This document shows positions 11,469-25,147 of a stretch of DNA of 64,000 nucleotides, piece after piece. Position 1 is the stretch's first letter. Every line of letters begins with the position of its first letter. Under the pieces are notes generated by a model. It made no database searches. It was not told the DNA's origin and saw nothing but the letters and a program-made list of their open reading frames with translations. The position numbers and the translations under genes are program-made. The stretch spans positions 22,816,001 through 22,880,000 of the forward strand of contig NC_087249.1 in the NCBI RefSeq assembly GCF_037042905.1, written 5' to 3'. Source of the DNA: Lytechinus pictus. Lineage: Eukaryota.

Positions 11469-12034
11469 AGATCAAGTCCTCCCAAGAAAAAATGTTGATT
11501 TGAATAAATAGAGAAAAATAAAAAAGCATTATGCTTCATCAAAATCGGATGTAAAATAAAAAAGTTATGACATTTCAAGGTTTCGCTTATTTTTCACAAA
11601 ACAGTGATATGCACAACTCAGTGTCATGTAAATCAGACAGTCCATGATGTCCCTCACTCAATATTTCTTTTGTTTTTTATTGTTTCAATTATACTATATT
11701 TCATTTTGTACAGATTTGACAATAACTACCGACTTGATTGAACCATATAGCATTAAACAATGCCAATTCCTTACGTTCAGGGAGGAATTAATCATTGGAA
11801 TATTTCATATTTCATATAATAAAATACAAAAGAGATAGTGAGTGATGTCATTAGTCTCCTAATTTGCATACCGACAAGGATGTGAATATAACTGCTGTGT
11901 GAAAGTAAGCGAAACTTCAAAAATGTCATAAACTTTCTTATTTTGCATCCGATTTTGATAAAATTGTCAGTGTTATGGTTGTTGGATTTTTCTCTTTTTA
12001 TTCGAATCAACTTTTTGTTGGATGGATTCGTCCT
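11469..12034. mobile_element. TTAA-flanked AGG...CCT MITE (T2/Kolobok-type), family B
   Basis: TTAA|AGATCAAGTCC...GGATTCGTCCT; long imperfect inverted arms; homologous to 39134-39689 and 56325-56931. Confidence 0.8.
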
Positions 12035-14177
12035 TCAAAAAAATCAATCTTGGTACGATTATCTCACAGGATTTGGTATTCATGTATAACAGGTGATATG
12101 ACCTGGACGATACATACCCATCCCAGACCACAAAAAGACCATATAGACAAACTTCACCCCGGCAATAGCAACGATAGGCCAGTCATGCAAATACCAGAAA
12201 AGAAAGTCCAGTACAAAAATGATTACACCCAATAGCGATATTTGACTCAGTGATGTCAATTGGTATAAAGGAAATGATATAGCTTATCGGGGAAAATCAT
12301 CTTGCATTGACAGAATGCGTCATCTCTCGTAGTATAAAAACAAATTGCATTGAACATTTTGAAATGAAGATATCACAAAGTGGCGTCAGTCGAAATCATT
12401 TCACTTACGAGAACGTGTTTCTGCGTTTCTTCTCTCACTACAAAATGACAGCATCTCCGCATCTTGCGGGGGGAGTATACCAGGCACTAATAATTCGAAA
12501 TGTTAGGATAATACTCTACGAATTAAAATTTGAAGTGCCACAGCCGTGGAAAAGACAAGATCATGTTTATTTCTATGAAAGCGATTGGCGCCCATGGATT
12601 GAAAAGAATTATTTCTCTTTATGGAACGAAACTGGTAGCAGATCAGAATGTGAATTAAGTTATCTGATCATTATCACATATAGAATGCAAACTTCCTTTC
12701 CGATATTTTCATTTTGGTTAACTTGTGTATGCATACAAATGCGATACATCCACGTATTCACTGAACCCTCCAACATAGCGAGTAGGAATATACCATGAGT
12801 GTAACGTTTTGTCCTACTTCTCTGAGAAAACAATCATGTGGTAAAATCGTGCACATTTTGAGTATTTGCAAATCGTTGCGATACATTGAAATGTGGAAAG
12901 TTGATTGGACCTCTGACATTATTCGCAAATCGCAATCATTCTACAAATTTGTTTCAAGTTTATCATTATTAAAAATTATATGTTATCAGACCACATTAAA
13001 GATCGAACCTTTACGCATCTAAACAAATTTTGATAAGTATTTCCATTATCTATAGATACTTCTTCTGCAGTTTATCTCAGAGGAGCTGCATCTTTATCTT
13101 CTAGAGAGTCAAACATCAATGACAAAGAGCAAAATTATGTTCACCGCTTGCTTGGCAAAACTCATTTACATTTCTGACTTCTGTTAACATTTATTTTACA
13201 TCTGCAACTTCACTCCACCAGTTTCACACTCCTCTTGCTCACGAGCGTCAATATTCATTATTTCCTACTGCAATATTTTGCCGTCTGTATCCCTAAAACA
13301 AAATCATCGGTGATGCTTTTTGAAGCTCATTAGAAACTTCAAGGATCTTGCGTGGTCATCTATTACACGCCTGATTTCATAATGTCTAGGACGTCTCATT
13401 CGCTTCGCCACCTTGGTCAATTGTCTTCACACAGATCATCGAAGCCCCAGTCACACTGAAACCAACAATACATGGGCTTTTTATGGGCTCCCGTCATTCA
13501 GTCCGAGTGAAATAATACATGTTTTCATCAGTGCCCGTTACGGAGCAGTTCAATCTATATATATATACTACAAAAAATAAACAGAGAATTTCGATGTCTA
13601 CAAATCAGAATCGACTATCAACATGTTATCTTCAAGTTCCGTTTGAACGCATCTCTTCAACAGATCCCTTCCTGTATACCAATGAATCTGATTCATCGAC
13701 TGATGATTCCATTGGAATATAACGAACTAAGTCGGTCTGAAGTTGAGTTCACCGCTGTGGAACAAAATCGAGAGGTATTGGTCTGAGAGATAAACCCTTA
13801 TCGGTTTTTATTTGGTAAAAATTTACAAGTCTAAACAAAGATTTGTGATGTTTTTGTTTCAGCAATTCACAACTTCATTATCTTAAATCGATATTTTGGT
13901 GGAGTTTGACAATGTTTCGTTGCTATCCAGGTATCCATAAATACAGCACGCTGGTACAATTTACACTTTGATATTCTACGAACCGGAAGTTTGTCACTGT
14001 CCTACTTATTGCATGGTTTTTTTAAGTTAGTCAGAACAAATATTAAGAATTTTAAATGAATATAGGTATTAAAAATATCTAATTCAATATTCATGTATTA
14101 TTACACGTAATACTGATGACAATCATTGGACGATTGGGGGTTCTGTTATAATTTGGTTTGCCAAAATGTTATATTAA

Positions 14178-14761
14178 AGGAGAATGAAACTCTTGGAGCA
14201 AGTTAGCTTTTGTGAAAGCAGAAAAATCAAAGAATAAGATCAACAAAGGTTTGAGTAAAATAGGACTAGCAATAGAAGAGTTATGAGCATTTGAATGTCG
14301 AGATCACTAATGCTATGGAGATCCTCCCATTGGCAATGCGACCAAGATCTATGATGTCACAGATGAACAACTCTCCCCTTTTGGACGCTGAAAATATACC
14401 CCAAAACATCTCTTTTTGCTCATTCTAATCATATGACAAACGATTCATCAATGATATAATGTCGTGAAACCTCTGTACTTGTCCTCTCATAAAGAGAACA
14501 CATCACCTTGTGATAGACTCTATAAAAGTGAGAATATAAGTGAAATAAGTACTAAAGTAATGAGGGAGTTGTACGTGTGTGACATCACAGATCTTGGTCG
14601 CATTGCCAATGGGAGGATCTACATGGCATTAGTGATCTCAATATTTAAATGCTCATAACTTTCTTATTATTCATTCAATCTTCCTCAAACTTTCAACAAT
14701 ATGTTTCTTTGATTTTTCTCTTTGATATGGATTCAGCTGGTTTCAAGGGTTTCATGCTCCT
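14178..14761. mobile_element. TTAA-flanked AGG...CCT MITE (T2/Kolobok-type) with ~180-bp inverted arms
   Basis: TTAA|AGGAGAATGAAAC...GTTTCATGCTCCT|TTAA; near-perfect internal inverse match GATCCTCCCATTGGCAATGCGACCAAGATCT / AGATCTTGGTCGCATTGCCAATGGGAGGATC. Confidence 0.9.
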
Positions 14762-16014
14762 TTAACATAACGCACATACATACACACACCCACACACGCC
14801 TAATTTTACACACACGCACATGCAGAACCTGCCTCTCAATGTATTTCTATCTTTATCATACTTGTATTACTATCTAAGAAATCTGAGAAGTGTCATACAA
14901 ACATTTCACGAGGTGTTTGGATGGCCTATAAAAAAATCCACTGGTTTTCACACTGGTTTGTCAATTCCCATGAATGCCATTGATCAACCAACGTGAATCA
15001 CAAACTTGAAATACATCTCAAAAGGCTTTTCTACTAATGGGTAATTTATGTGTAGATGTGATTAAAGACAGCAATTCTATATTTAACAAAAGCTACATTA
15101 GATTTAATGTTCAACGAAATGTGTATAACTGTGAGGGCCGGAAACGAGGATATAGGCTACAAATGACGTAAAAGAGAGAAAATAAAAATGTTTTCGACTT
15201 TACAGCATAAATCCCCCATGACCGGACTGATGATGGTATGTTCGAAATCTCAGGCTTGTTCAACCCATTAAGACATCAACATGGTCATCGAGTCAATTGA
15301 ACTAAAATGAGTTGTATATTAAGACCATTCTTTGTAAAGCTTCCTTTCCCTGGAAAGTGACGAGTAATTCATAATATTATGTGAAGAAGTTAGAAAAGCC
15401 AATGACCGTCAAATGCCATTTGTATTGAAATGCATACGGGAGTTAATGGATATCCGGTACCACGCCCCCCCCCCCCCCCCCTTCCTCCTAACCCGCCGCT
15501 CCCATTGGACAATGTCAGAAGCGCTTCCAATAACTCTCCCTTCTAACCAATCTTCTGCGTCATTTGATACCATTTCGCACTATATTGTCTTGACCGTCCA
15601 GTGAGAAAGGAAGTTGTTTTTCTCAAATTTTGTATGTTAATGAAACTCCCTAAAACTTTATATAATGCAGCCTTAATGGATATTTTGTGACATTTTTCAC
15701 AATCTAGTTACTTCCGTTTGATTTTTTGTTTAATTAGAGGCGTGTGCAAGGTTATCAATTCAATTCATACGGTGGATCATAATGAGTCTTTAATCTATCC
15801 AAGCCATGTACTTCAAACTTGAATATTGCATAGCAGATACAACTCGTCGTATGACACTTAAATGCGAGACAATGAAAACCCATGTATGTACCAAAATTTA
15901 TCGTCAACTGTAAATAATTATCATTAGGTTACTAATAAACGAATTGTGTTGTTAAGTGATAACTGATTGATACTACATCACTACTGCTAGAAAATCGCGT
16001 ATTTGGCGTATTTT

Positions 16015-16078
16015 TCTTTCAGCAAGAAATTTATCCATACCGTGCTGCACTCGACCCAGGTGAGTGAATGGGTATGAC
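16015..16078 (+). mobile_element. SINE central-domain fragment
   Basis: GCAAGAAATTTATCC...GTGCTGCACTCGACCCAGGTGAGTGAATGGGTA resembles the conserved body of invertebrate-deuterostome tRNA-derived SINEs (recognition from memory, no search run). Confidence 0.55.
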
Positions 16079-16168
16079 GTTATCCCATTTTTTTATCAAA
16101 ATAAGTCTGCTTTCTTAGTCTCATTAGACCTAAGTGCAGAATTAGATAAGTGTACCGAGACAAATCAC

Positions 16169-16460
16169 TGGATTTCCTTATATTAGGTCTAGCTCAACTA
16201 AAAGTCCTAGCGAACTGTTTGGACGTCAACCCGCGTGGGTTACCAAATACGGTGTACTCCAAGAGTCCGTTCTAGGGCCGATTCTTTTTTCGTCTTTACA
16301 TCATTCCCGTTTGTCACAAGATCAAACTCGGTCTCCGTTATATCACTTTATTGCTATGCCGATTATATTCAACTGCATTTAGCCTTTGACCCAACAGGGC
16401 GACGACCTATTTTGAGGACAGGCAGGACTAACAACCGTGATAGGACCTAATACGCCCTCC
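16169..16460 (+). pseudogene. Degenerate L2/CR1-clade LINE reverse transcriptase fragment
   Basis: Translates (with frameshifts) to KYGVLQESVLGPILF (GVPQGSVLGP motif, from 16245) and CYADYIQLHLAFDP (YADDTQLY motif). Confidence 0.8.
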
Positions 16461-17603
16461 GAGAGGTAATAATCATTTGTACTCCTGGAAGTATAGCAGA
16501 AGAGCAACGTACATAATGAGAAATCTTCCGATTTTTGTTATGATGATAATAATAATGGTTATAATGCGCAATACACAAAAGTATCACAACGCTTAAAATT
16601 ATTTTAGACATAGAATATAAATATAAATCTTAAGTAACAAAATAATATCTATATATTAAATTGTGTACATTAGACTGAATCACCTATTAGTATTTTCAGC
16701 TGCGCCAGGTGAGGCCTGGTGGCCTCTTGCTTGCTGCTCCGTTCACCAACGATTTAAGGGACACGCCCGGTCAGCACATCATTCACAGAAGCTCTAGTAT
16801 AGCACTTGAGGCCAACAGGCCCCAGATGGGTTAGCCAGTCAAACCAAACAGTGATAGCAAAAATTATCAAAACAATATATAAATGAATATAGTATACTAG
16901 GTATTTGGAAAAAGATATGACTTGTGTTGAGTTATTCCTGTTACTTTACATCCGTTCTGCATTATCAAACAGAAGAGAGAGAGAGAGAAAAGAAGAAGGT
17001 CAAGAACAAAAAGGAAGAACGAGAACAAGAAAAAAACCGAAGTAGAAGGGAAAAAAAAGAAGAAGTGGTGGTGACAAAAGTGGGGAAAAGAGGGGGACAG
17101 GGGATCCAATAAAATTATGATAGTTAAAAGGTTATTCTACAGTTGTTGTTTTTTTTTCTCAACAACGTAGACGCCCTATATTTTGGTCTCTGTCCAAGCC
17201 GGTCCAACATATATTATTGATTTATCAATAGCAGAAAGTAGAGAGAAAAAGGATGATTCGTAGGAAACTCTGTTTAAATGGCACGGTTCTTTTCGATCCA
17301 CGGAAAAGTACAAACTGAATTCAGACAAAATACAAGAACAGGCCTCTACATACCTCTACATAATAGATAGTTTCTACGTGCAGTTATTAACATGTGCGTG
17401 ATCAGCATACCGTTTTTAGTGCAGGCGTTCGTTTTCTTACATTTAAGCACACGAATCTTGCAAAAGATTAAAGGTATCAACAAACCGCCAAAAGTAAGTG
17501 AATTACTCTTGACGCGCAAAGAATTTTAAATGTGCTTATATTGAAATAAACAATTTTCTTCAATCCCATTTTGACTGCGACGACATTATTTGTGAATCAA
17601 CAG

Positions 17604-19393
17604 CACGGGCGTAAATCCCGGGGATGGGGGATATATATCCCCCCCACTTTCGGAGAGGGGGGGTGGCATGTACAATTACGCCACCCCCCCCCCCCATTTT
17701 TTCAGAGAGAAACTATATTTTTTTAATCATCAAATGGTTAATACTATATTCATTTTTAAATGCAGTCAAAGTGCTTAAATTGGCCTACTTTTGCGTTCTA
17801 AAAACGCAGAATTTCTCGCGCGGTCGCCCCGCTCCCGCGCTCAATCTATATTCTAACAAGAATTTGGCCATGACAAATCCCTACGTTTAGCTTATTGCAA
17901 ATGTTATATCCACTGCATCGTGGAAGTATGGTTGTAATAACTCCATTTATGATTATATGATTCCAATGACTTTAATAACAGAATCATAACATCTCTTAAA
18001 TACACTATACATTTTTATGAATTCGGGAGGGGGTTCATATTCTGGTATTTTTGTGGAAGCGGGGGGTAGTTTTGAACATAAAATATAGACCTTCCCTATT
18101 CTTCAAGTTAAGTGTGCGATAAGTTACTGATAGCATTGATCAAATCAATTTTTCCCACATATCTTTACAATTTTATCCATTTTATAGGAAACTTTAAATT
18201 ACATTAATTAAACAACAATCTCATGAATATTTCAAATACACATTTTCCTCAAAATTTTGAAGGTTACATCATCTCCCAATAAAATAAAGATTGTTCAAAA
18301 TCTTTCCTCTTCGCGATCTTTTCCTTTTTATTTGCATTATACCATTTACACATTTTAGGACATATATATTGTGGCCTGTGATGGTCTATAATCATTTCAT
18401 AAAGGCTCCCTTGTTCCCGATAATCATTCCGTTTTTTTTTTTTTTTCATTATCATCTCAACTCTAACCAGTGAGAAAATGTGTTTTCATTGAAGAATTCT
18501 CAACTGTTAATCCTTATTTCCAATTTTTGGTGTAACAACTTCATATTTCTTTTTTCCCTTTCTTCTAGAGTTTTCGTTCTTAATGAGTTACCTATATCAT
18601 GCTCCCGTATACACTGTTAGAAAAATCATCCTTAAAATTAAAGAAGTTCCTGCAGCAGAGTCTCGAGAACACCTGTAATCTTACCAGATTGCGTAATCTT
18701 ACATTATATCATGTAAAATTGCAGGAAATTTGTATTTGGTGTATGGAACCTTACAAATTTCCTTTAATAAAATTCCTGTTTTATGAATTTACAGAATGAT
18801 TCTGTTATTGCTTTCTGCAAAATCTTTTTTCTGTAAAATCGGTTTTTTTTTTAACAGTGTACAATGTATACACATTATTTTAAACGACTGAAACAACTAT
18901 TTCAAGGCTCGCTCACTAAGCTCGCTCGCCGCATTTCTCCCATAATTACACACCCCTTGAATATTAACTGAAATTCAGTAGTTTATATCACAACAAAACA
19001 ATTGAAATAGCCATCGAAAAAAAAAATGTAATAGCCCTTTAATGTCATCACCAAAATTGGTAGATGGTAGTATTATTTACACCGTTATATACTCCGTATA
19101 CATCGCCGTTATAACATGGTTGATGTGGTAATTACACACTTCTCGAAGGATGTTATTGAACACCATTCTGTCTTCCAGCTTCTGAAAATTTTATCACTCG
19201 CTTCGCTCGCTCGCATAGTGATATTAACTGTAATTCAGTAATTTATACAACAACAAAACCATTACAATATAATCATCGAAATAAAGTCGTGATAGGCCTA
19301 TAAGTGTTTTGGATCCCCCTCATTTTTTTTAACTTTTTAATGTCAATATATTGATATCACCCCCCCCCCTACTCGGACCAGTTTACGCCACTG
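17604..19393. mobile_element. Long non-autonomous hAT-like element with internal direct repeat and nested MITE
   Basis: TIR CACGGGCGTAAA / TTTACGCCACTG; flanks ATCAACAG vs ATCAAACG (6/8); subterminal poly-G/poly-C; internal direct repeat ~18905-19040 vs ~19195-19305. Confidence 0.7.
18612..18859. mobile_element. CACTG-ended MITE (EnSpm/CMC-like), nested in the 17604-19393 element
   Basis: TA|CACTGTTAGAAAAA...TTTTTTAACAGTG|TA. Confidence 0.8.
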
Positions 19394-20963
19394 ATCAAAC
19401 GGCCCTATTTTGGTTACTATTTAAACCATGTTGTCAAGCCAGTGTGTCTTGATTCTTGTCTTTCGCTGGGAGTGAAACGTCTCAAAGTACTTATTTTCTT
19501 AACGTAATTATTGCTAATTAACAGCAAGGAAAAAATATGACAACGAATTGTTTAGGAATATAAAATAATTATCTGTGTGGAGTCCGTTCTTACAAATTAA
19601 CTTGAAATGTCTGCATTTTTTTGTGGAGTATGGGGGTTTTGAGAGGTGCAGATAGGACTGTTTGCCATGCCTCTTTTCATTATATCGTGTTGCTTTTTGT
19701 GAGCCTAGCATTAAAAGTGGGAAAGAACGTGTTGACATTTCGTATATTGTACATAAGATATCAATATATTCCGTACGGAAATGGCCCACTAAAACAAGTG
19801 CGAAATTTGAAGCATACTTTACAACATAAAGCAGCACTTACCGCTTTTATATAGAACAGTGTTACCTGTATAAAGACTTAATGCTTCCTGACAATTATAG
19901 TACACTGGAAACTTCAGACTTAAAATGCTAAATCCCTCAAGTCAAAATTGATATGTACCCAAATTTTTTTTTCTTAACTAAGTTCCGCAACAGCTAGTAT
20001 AAACGTGCAATATGAGTGTAACCCAGTTGAAAATCCACCAGCGATTCCCCAAGAAGAAAATTATGATAACACGCTTTGCTAAAATTAGACCATGCCTCAA
20101 TGGTAGGGTGGCCAGTTGAACAGTCCTTCCCTATGCCGAAAATGCAAGAGAAGAAAAAATCTTTCAGAAAGAAATGCCTTGAAACCACTATGCGAGCCTG
20201 CCCCCAATTTTCAGATTACCGGTAAGGAAAATACAATGTCACATTTCTGGGGCTCAATTAGGGGTATTGGATGGCAACGCCATGGGACAATCCCGCCAAG
20301 CTATTCTATTTCAATCTGAAAGAACAACGCCAGACACTCCAACAAAATTCTGCCTCCTTGTAAGATATGACATAATTAGCATTAGCAATACAATCAATGC
20401 GAGAACCGTGCACTGTTCGAATCGTATATATCAGGTGCAATCAGCGATATTGATTTTCGAAGCAGGTAGGAATAGATATTATTTGCCTGAATTATTAAGA
20501 TTATTTTTATATCTCGGATAATAATATACACCACTATACAGCCATGAGAGCGAGAAGAGGGTTATGATTATGTACAGATACAGTACCTTAGTTTTGGACG
20601 TCATCTTACCCGCTTATATTAGAAAAACAGTCAATAATGGCCATGAGTTTTTTATTTGGATTCAGAAATCGCCTTTCACTCACTCCTTGCTCGGGTATAT
20701 GGGTGGATTAACAACAAAAATCCTGGTAAAATCCCGTATTGCTATACCAACGGCAGAATGTATATATTTTTACAATGTAAATTGGCAAACAAATAATTAT
20801 TGACTCTTGGTGTACAAGTATATCTTGAAATATTTTTAAAATGACAAAAGACAAATTTGGTCGGAATGTTCCACCACAAATGGTGCTTATCTGCAAGACG
20901 AGAAAGCTTTGATTTCGATACACGCAGCGACGCAGCGACAACTGCTCTTGATTCTGCAAATAT

Positions 20964-21160
20964 TCTACTACTGATATTACTACTACTGCCACTATTGCTG
21001 CTAATACTGCTGCTGCTACTAATTCTACTGATAGTACTACTACTACTACTACTACTACTAATACTAATAGTTCTACTACGACTACTACTTCTACTACTAC
21101 TATTGCTACTATACTTCTACTAATTATACTACTACTAGTACTAATAATACTACTACTTAT
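20964..21160. repeat. (CTA)n imperfect trinucleotide microsatellite
   Basis: Direct observation; accounts for the poly-Leu ORF 20857-21123. Confidence 0.95.
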
Positions 21161-21200
21161 ATCAATAACAAGTTATACACTGCAACAATGTTCAAATGAC

Positions 21201-22348
21201 CAGTAGCGTACCGTGGGTCACGGCATTTGGGGGCACCAGCAAAAATTTTGAGTCACTTAGTGGGCGCGCAAAGTGCGCTCAATTGCCAGGTATACTGACC
21301 TCATAGAGACATTTTACGGACTGCCATCAAACGGTTATGTATCTCACTGATCAAATAATGCGAGCGCTAAGCGCGAGCTGAAATTATTTGATAATCAGAC
21401 CTAAGAAGGGACACTATAAGCAATTTTTTTTAATAATGATACGTACCTGTCTCGCTAAATAAAGAATGCGAGCGCGAGCTGAAATTTGTGTATATATTGA
21501 CCACAAACAGGGACATTTTAATCTTGTAGGAATCCATTTAGAGTATACATATAGCTCACCATAGTCATCTAATGCGAAAGTCAAGCGCTTGCTGATTTTG
21601 TTAGAATTACATCTAAACACATGAAGCACTTTTTGTAGTCATTGTAATCAGGATTATCATATGCATCTCACCCATCAAATATTGCGAGCGCGAAGCGCGT
21701 GCCAAAAATGTAGGGAATTCAGACCTGAGAAAGAGCATTATAAGGCTTGTTTTAGGAATTCACCATAAAACCATACGTTTTTCACTAACCAAATGATGCG
21801 AGCGCGAGCTGAAAATTTTTCATATTCATATCAGAAAAGGGTTCATTTTTAGGACTGATTATAGAAATTCATGAAGAGCAGACTTATCTCACCAATCCAC
21901 TAATGCAAAAGCACGGAATGAAAATGTTCAGACCTTAAAAGTAGTCATGAAAAGGAAGCATTTGTCACTACATAAAACTTGAAGTGCGAGGAAATAAAAT
22001 TGGTGTATATTGACTTGAAAACGGGATGTTTTAGTAAAACAGGATTATATGTCTAGTTAAACAGACAATGCGAGCGCCAGGAACGAGGAACACATAGGTC
22101 CTGAGCAAATTATGTTTCATAAAGTTATGATAATTATTTTTCTTATGTAATATAACATAATATATAAAGATATATGTAATAAATTATAATATAACAAATT
22201 ATAATGTACAATGATTTCTTATTTCCCACTACGTTTCTCTACCTTTCTCTCTCTGTTTCTCCTTTCCCCGTTTATTTTTTATGGGGGGCAAGCCGATTGG
22301 GGGAACGTGCCCCCCGTGCCCCCCCCCCCCCCGGTAGTTACGCCACTG
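21201..22348. mobile_element. Non-autonomous hAT element with perfect 8-bp TSD and internal ~110-bp degenerate tandem units
   Basis: CAAATGAC|CAGTAGCGTA...TACGCCACTG|CAAATGAC; recurring TGCGAGCGC(GAAGCGC)GAGCTGAAATT motif. Confidence 0.92.
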
Positions 22349-22581
22349 CAAATGACCCAATATACACAAAAGCAAACTCTCGATTTCTTTGTTAATTATC
22401 TTCATAAGATGATCGTGTAACGAAACGCGTATTGATTAGATAGTGCATTGCTCGGGGGCTATAGAAGAAAATACTTAAAATTCTTATGCCAAACAAGAAC
22501 AAGACAGTTACATTAAATATGTATTTAGGTCTTTTTTAACCGACCACAGACGATGCAAACCAACCCGATACCTTTGTTTAC

Positions 22582-22870
22582 CTGCAAGATGAGCTGGCTT
22601 GAAATTACAACACCTTTCTAGAAATCGGCTTGTAATTATACCATTCCCACAAAGTGTGACGTACATAAGAAGTCCATCTGGGAATTGTAAAGTCGGTAAT
22701 AATGAACCGTAGGTGATAGAGCGCGAATCAACTGGTTAATACCAAGCGGCTCTCAGGTCCTTTTTTTTTGCGTTAACCGACAAGATACAGGGAAGACACT
22801 GATGAGAGGCCGAGGTGTGAAAACACAGTTCATACACGTCACGTGAGCGATACAGAGAACGACACGAACC
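22582..22870 (-). other. Candidate alternative non-coding first exon of the LRR gene
   Basis: Donor CAG|GTAAAC (exon ends 22582; second donor AAG|GTATCG at 22572) closing a CpG-rich unique segment with CACGTCACGTG near its 5' end. Confidence 0.35.
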
Positions 22871-23727
22871 AAAAAAAAAGATTGGTTTGCTCAACCAAAA
22901 CAAGGATTATTTTATGGTATTCTAATGAAATCTGTTAACTTGGTCCATTATGAAAAATCATAAGTAGATAATGACGTACAGTGTTGTTACTGACGAAGCG
23001 TTTGATACAGTTCACTCTAAGAAAAAAAATAGAAATAAGAGCGAGCGAAGCGAGCGAGTAGATAAAAATGACTTTATATAAACATGTTCGATTTCTGTAA
23101 TTCTTTTGCCGTGTACCAGGTGTCTAATAGGTCCAATACTCGAGTATTTTTATGAAAACAATGACATTTTATACTACAATACAATGATGTTACCAAAAAT
23201 ACAATATTTTTAATGGGGACCGTGGGTTCTAAACATACTCAAGTCTCATCCCGTTTACCGCCGGTAAATCGGTGAAAATAATGATAGTTATAATTTCATT
23301 ATACAAAACAAACTCAACTAGCTATTACGTATTATTTGGTAAACATTTTATTTTGTTTTTGTTCAGAATATTCACCATGTCTGTATGTTCAGAGATATGC
23401 ATATCCCTGGTATGTTCATATCTAATGCTGATAGGGATGAAAATCATATTCTTTTCTATTTTGATTATCTTGAAATAAGATATAGGTACTTGAAATCAAC
23501 ATGATCGATTATTCTTGTTTTTTAGGCCTAGAATCAACGTAAAATTTACTCAAATATAGTTTCAGTCTGCAGTAATTCATTAAAATACAAACGCATATTT
23601 TTGTTTTGTAATCAGTGTGTAAGTGCAATTTGGAATTTTCTTAGCGGATATACCCCCCCCCCCCCCCCATTTAAGTATATCTCATCTGAAACGCAATCAT
23701 TTATGAGTTATGCGCTATATACAAAAC

Positions 23728-23842
23728 TTATTATTATTATTATCATTATTATCATCATCATCATCATCATTAATTATTATTAGTATTATTATTATTATCA
23801 TTATTATTTTATTGTTGTTGTTCAAATAATTATTATTATCAT
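23728..23842. repeat. (ATT)n/(ATC)n microsatellite
   Basis: Direct observation. Confidence 0.9.
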
Positions 23843-24659
23843 CTTGTTTCAGTGTATATATTTCCTTTAAATCTAGATCCTTCAATTTGTGCGAAACATC
23901 AAGGAGTTTCTTTTGCCACTGGTGTTGATTTTCACATTTGGGACCAAATGGGCGTTGAGGATATCAGCTAGCCTGAAGGACTCCGAGTAAAATGATTACT
24001 CCCCGAGCTCCATCACTAGGAGATAATTTCACGGTTAGGAGCCCTCTCAGGAACATCATCCCCCCCCCCCCCCCCCTTCTTACGATCTCCTTATCATATG
24101 AAATTAAAAAGATGCGTGGAGGGAGGAAAACGAGATGGATAATCGTAGAGGCGGATTCCCGATTTCCAAATTCTCCTCCTTTTTGACAATGCCCCCATCA
24201 ATTCACAAAACGTCCCCCCATCTAAATCCCTCTAATAAAACCCCTTGCCATATCACTAACCGTGTATACGTACTAACCACTTACAAGGCGAAATTGCTTC
24301 CCAATGTCTAGATTGCTTTTTGAAAGGTTCACTAAACCCTCCGAGACGAGGTCTGCTTCTAAACGACGCTCGTTAATGAGGAATTTGAAATAAGGCTCTT
24401 CGTAACCATGGTTAAGAAATCCTTATCCTTCGAAATCTGTCATCAAATCAAACGTCTTTAAAACGTGGTATAGTCTAGATGTGGGAATTATCGATTGGAT
24501 TACCTTGAATCTACTTCTTTAGAATTTGTAGAGATTTTTATCTGTGTAGTTAATATGAAAAAAAAATTATAGTTGATTTCTCAAACAGTTTAGATTCCTA
24601 AGAAAGGTTGTTAACAGGTGTGGGTGTTTCCATAATTAGCTTGTACATCTGGTTGTTAA

Positions 24660-25147
24660 AGGTCTGAAAGATGTAAAGATGGCGTTCATCCTGACAAAAA
24701 GTTTATCCTGAAAATAGCAAAAATAGTAAATAAAAAATATTTGTGAAGGTTTGAGGAAAATCCATCAAAGATTACAAAGTATTTTTTTTTATTTGTGACG
24801 TCATATGCGAGCAGCTTCCCCGTATGTCTTAAAAACAATAAAATGTCATTTTAAAAAAAAAAAGATAAAATGATTTTATTGTACCTCCACTCTATCAACA
24901 AACAAATTATTTCACACCCATTCCTGAAAGATTTTTTTAAAGGAACCATTAAAATATTAAATGTATGCATTTTATTACTCATTAAAAAATGGGGCAGGTT
25001 CTCGTATATGACATCACAAATCAAGAACTTAGAATTCTTATTACTTAAAATTTGTTGGATGTTCCTCAAACCTTATAAAATATTTAAAAGTATTTTTTTC
25101 TGTATTGTTACAACAAATGTTCCTTCATAGTCTGTGAACTTCCCCCA
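24660..25147. mobile_element. Degenerate TTAA/AGG (T2/Kolobok-type) MITE
   Basis: TTAAAGG left end; inverted arms GAAGGTTTGAGGAAAATCCATCAAA / TTTGTTGGATGTTCCTCAAACCTT and TTTGTGACGTCATATGCGAG / CTCGTATATGACATCACAAA. Confidence 0.65.

Noticed and set aside
12307-12798. 163-aa plus-strand ORF
   Set aside because: No domain-like pattern or splice support; antisense to the likely host transcript.
15227-15255. Other CTGATGA...GAAA hammerhead-like words (also ~10703, ~22799, ~39953)
   Set aside because: Stems I and II cannot be formed.
16700-16708. Possible 9-nt plus-strand microexon (TTTTCAG|CTGCGCCAG|GTGAGG)
   Set aside because: No plus-strand host gene evident here and it lies among LINE/SINE debris.
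20857-21123. Poly-Leu ORF resembling a signal/TM peptide
   Set aside because: It is the translation of a (CTA)n microsatellite.
21260-22080. CRISPR-like repeat-spacer appearance (also 43745-44660)
   Set aside because: Eukaryotic context, degenerate repeats, mutually homologous spacers, inside transposon boundaries, no cas genes.
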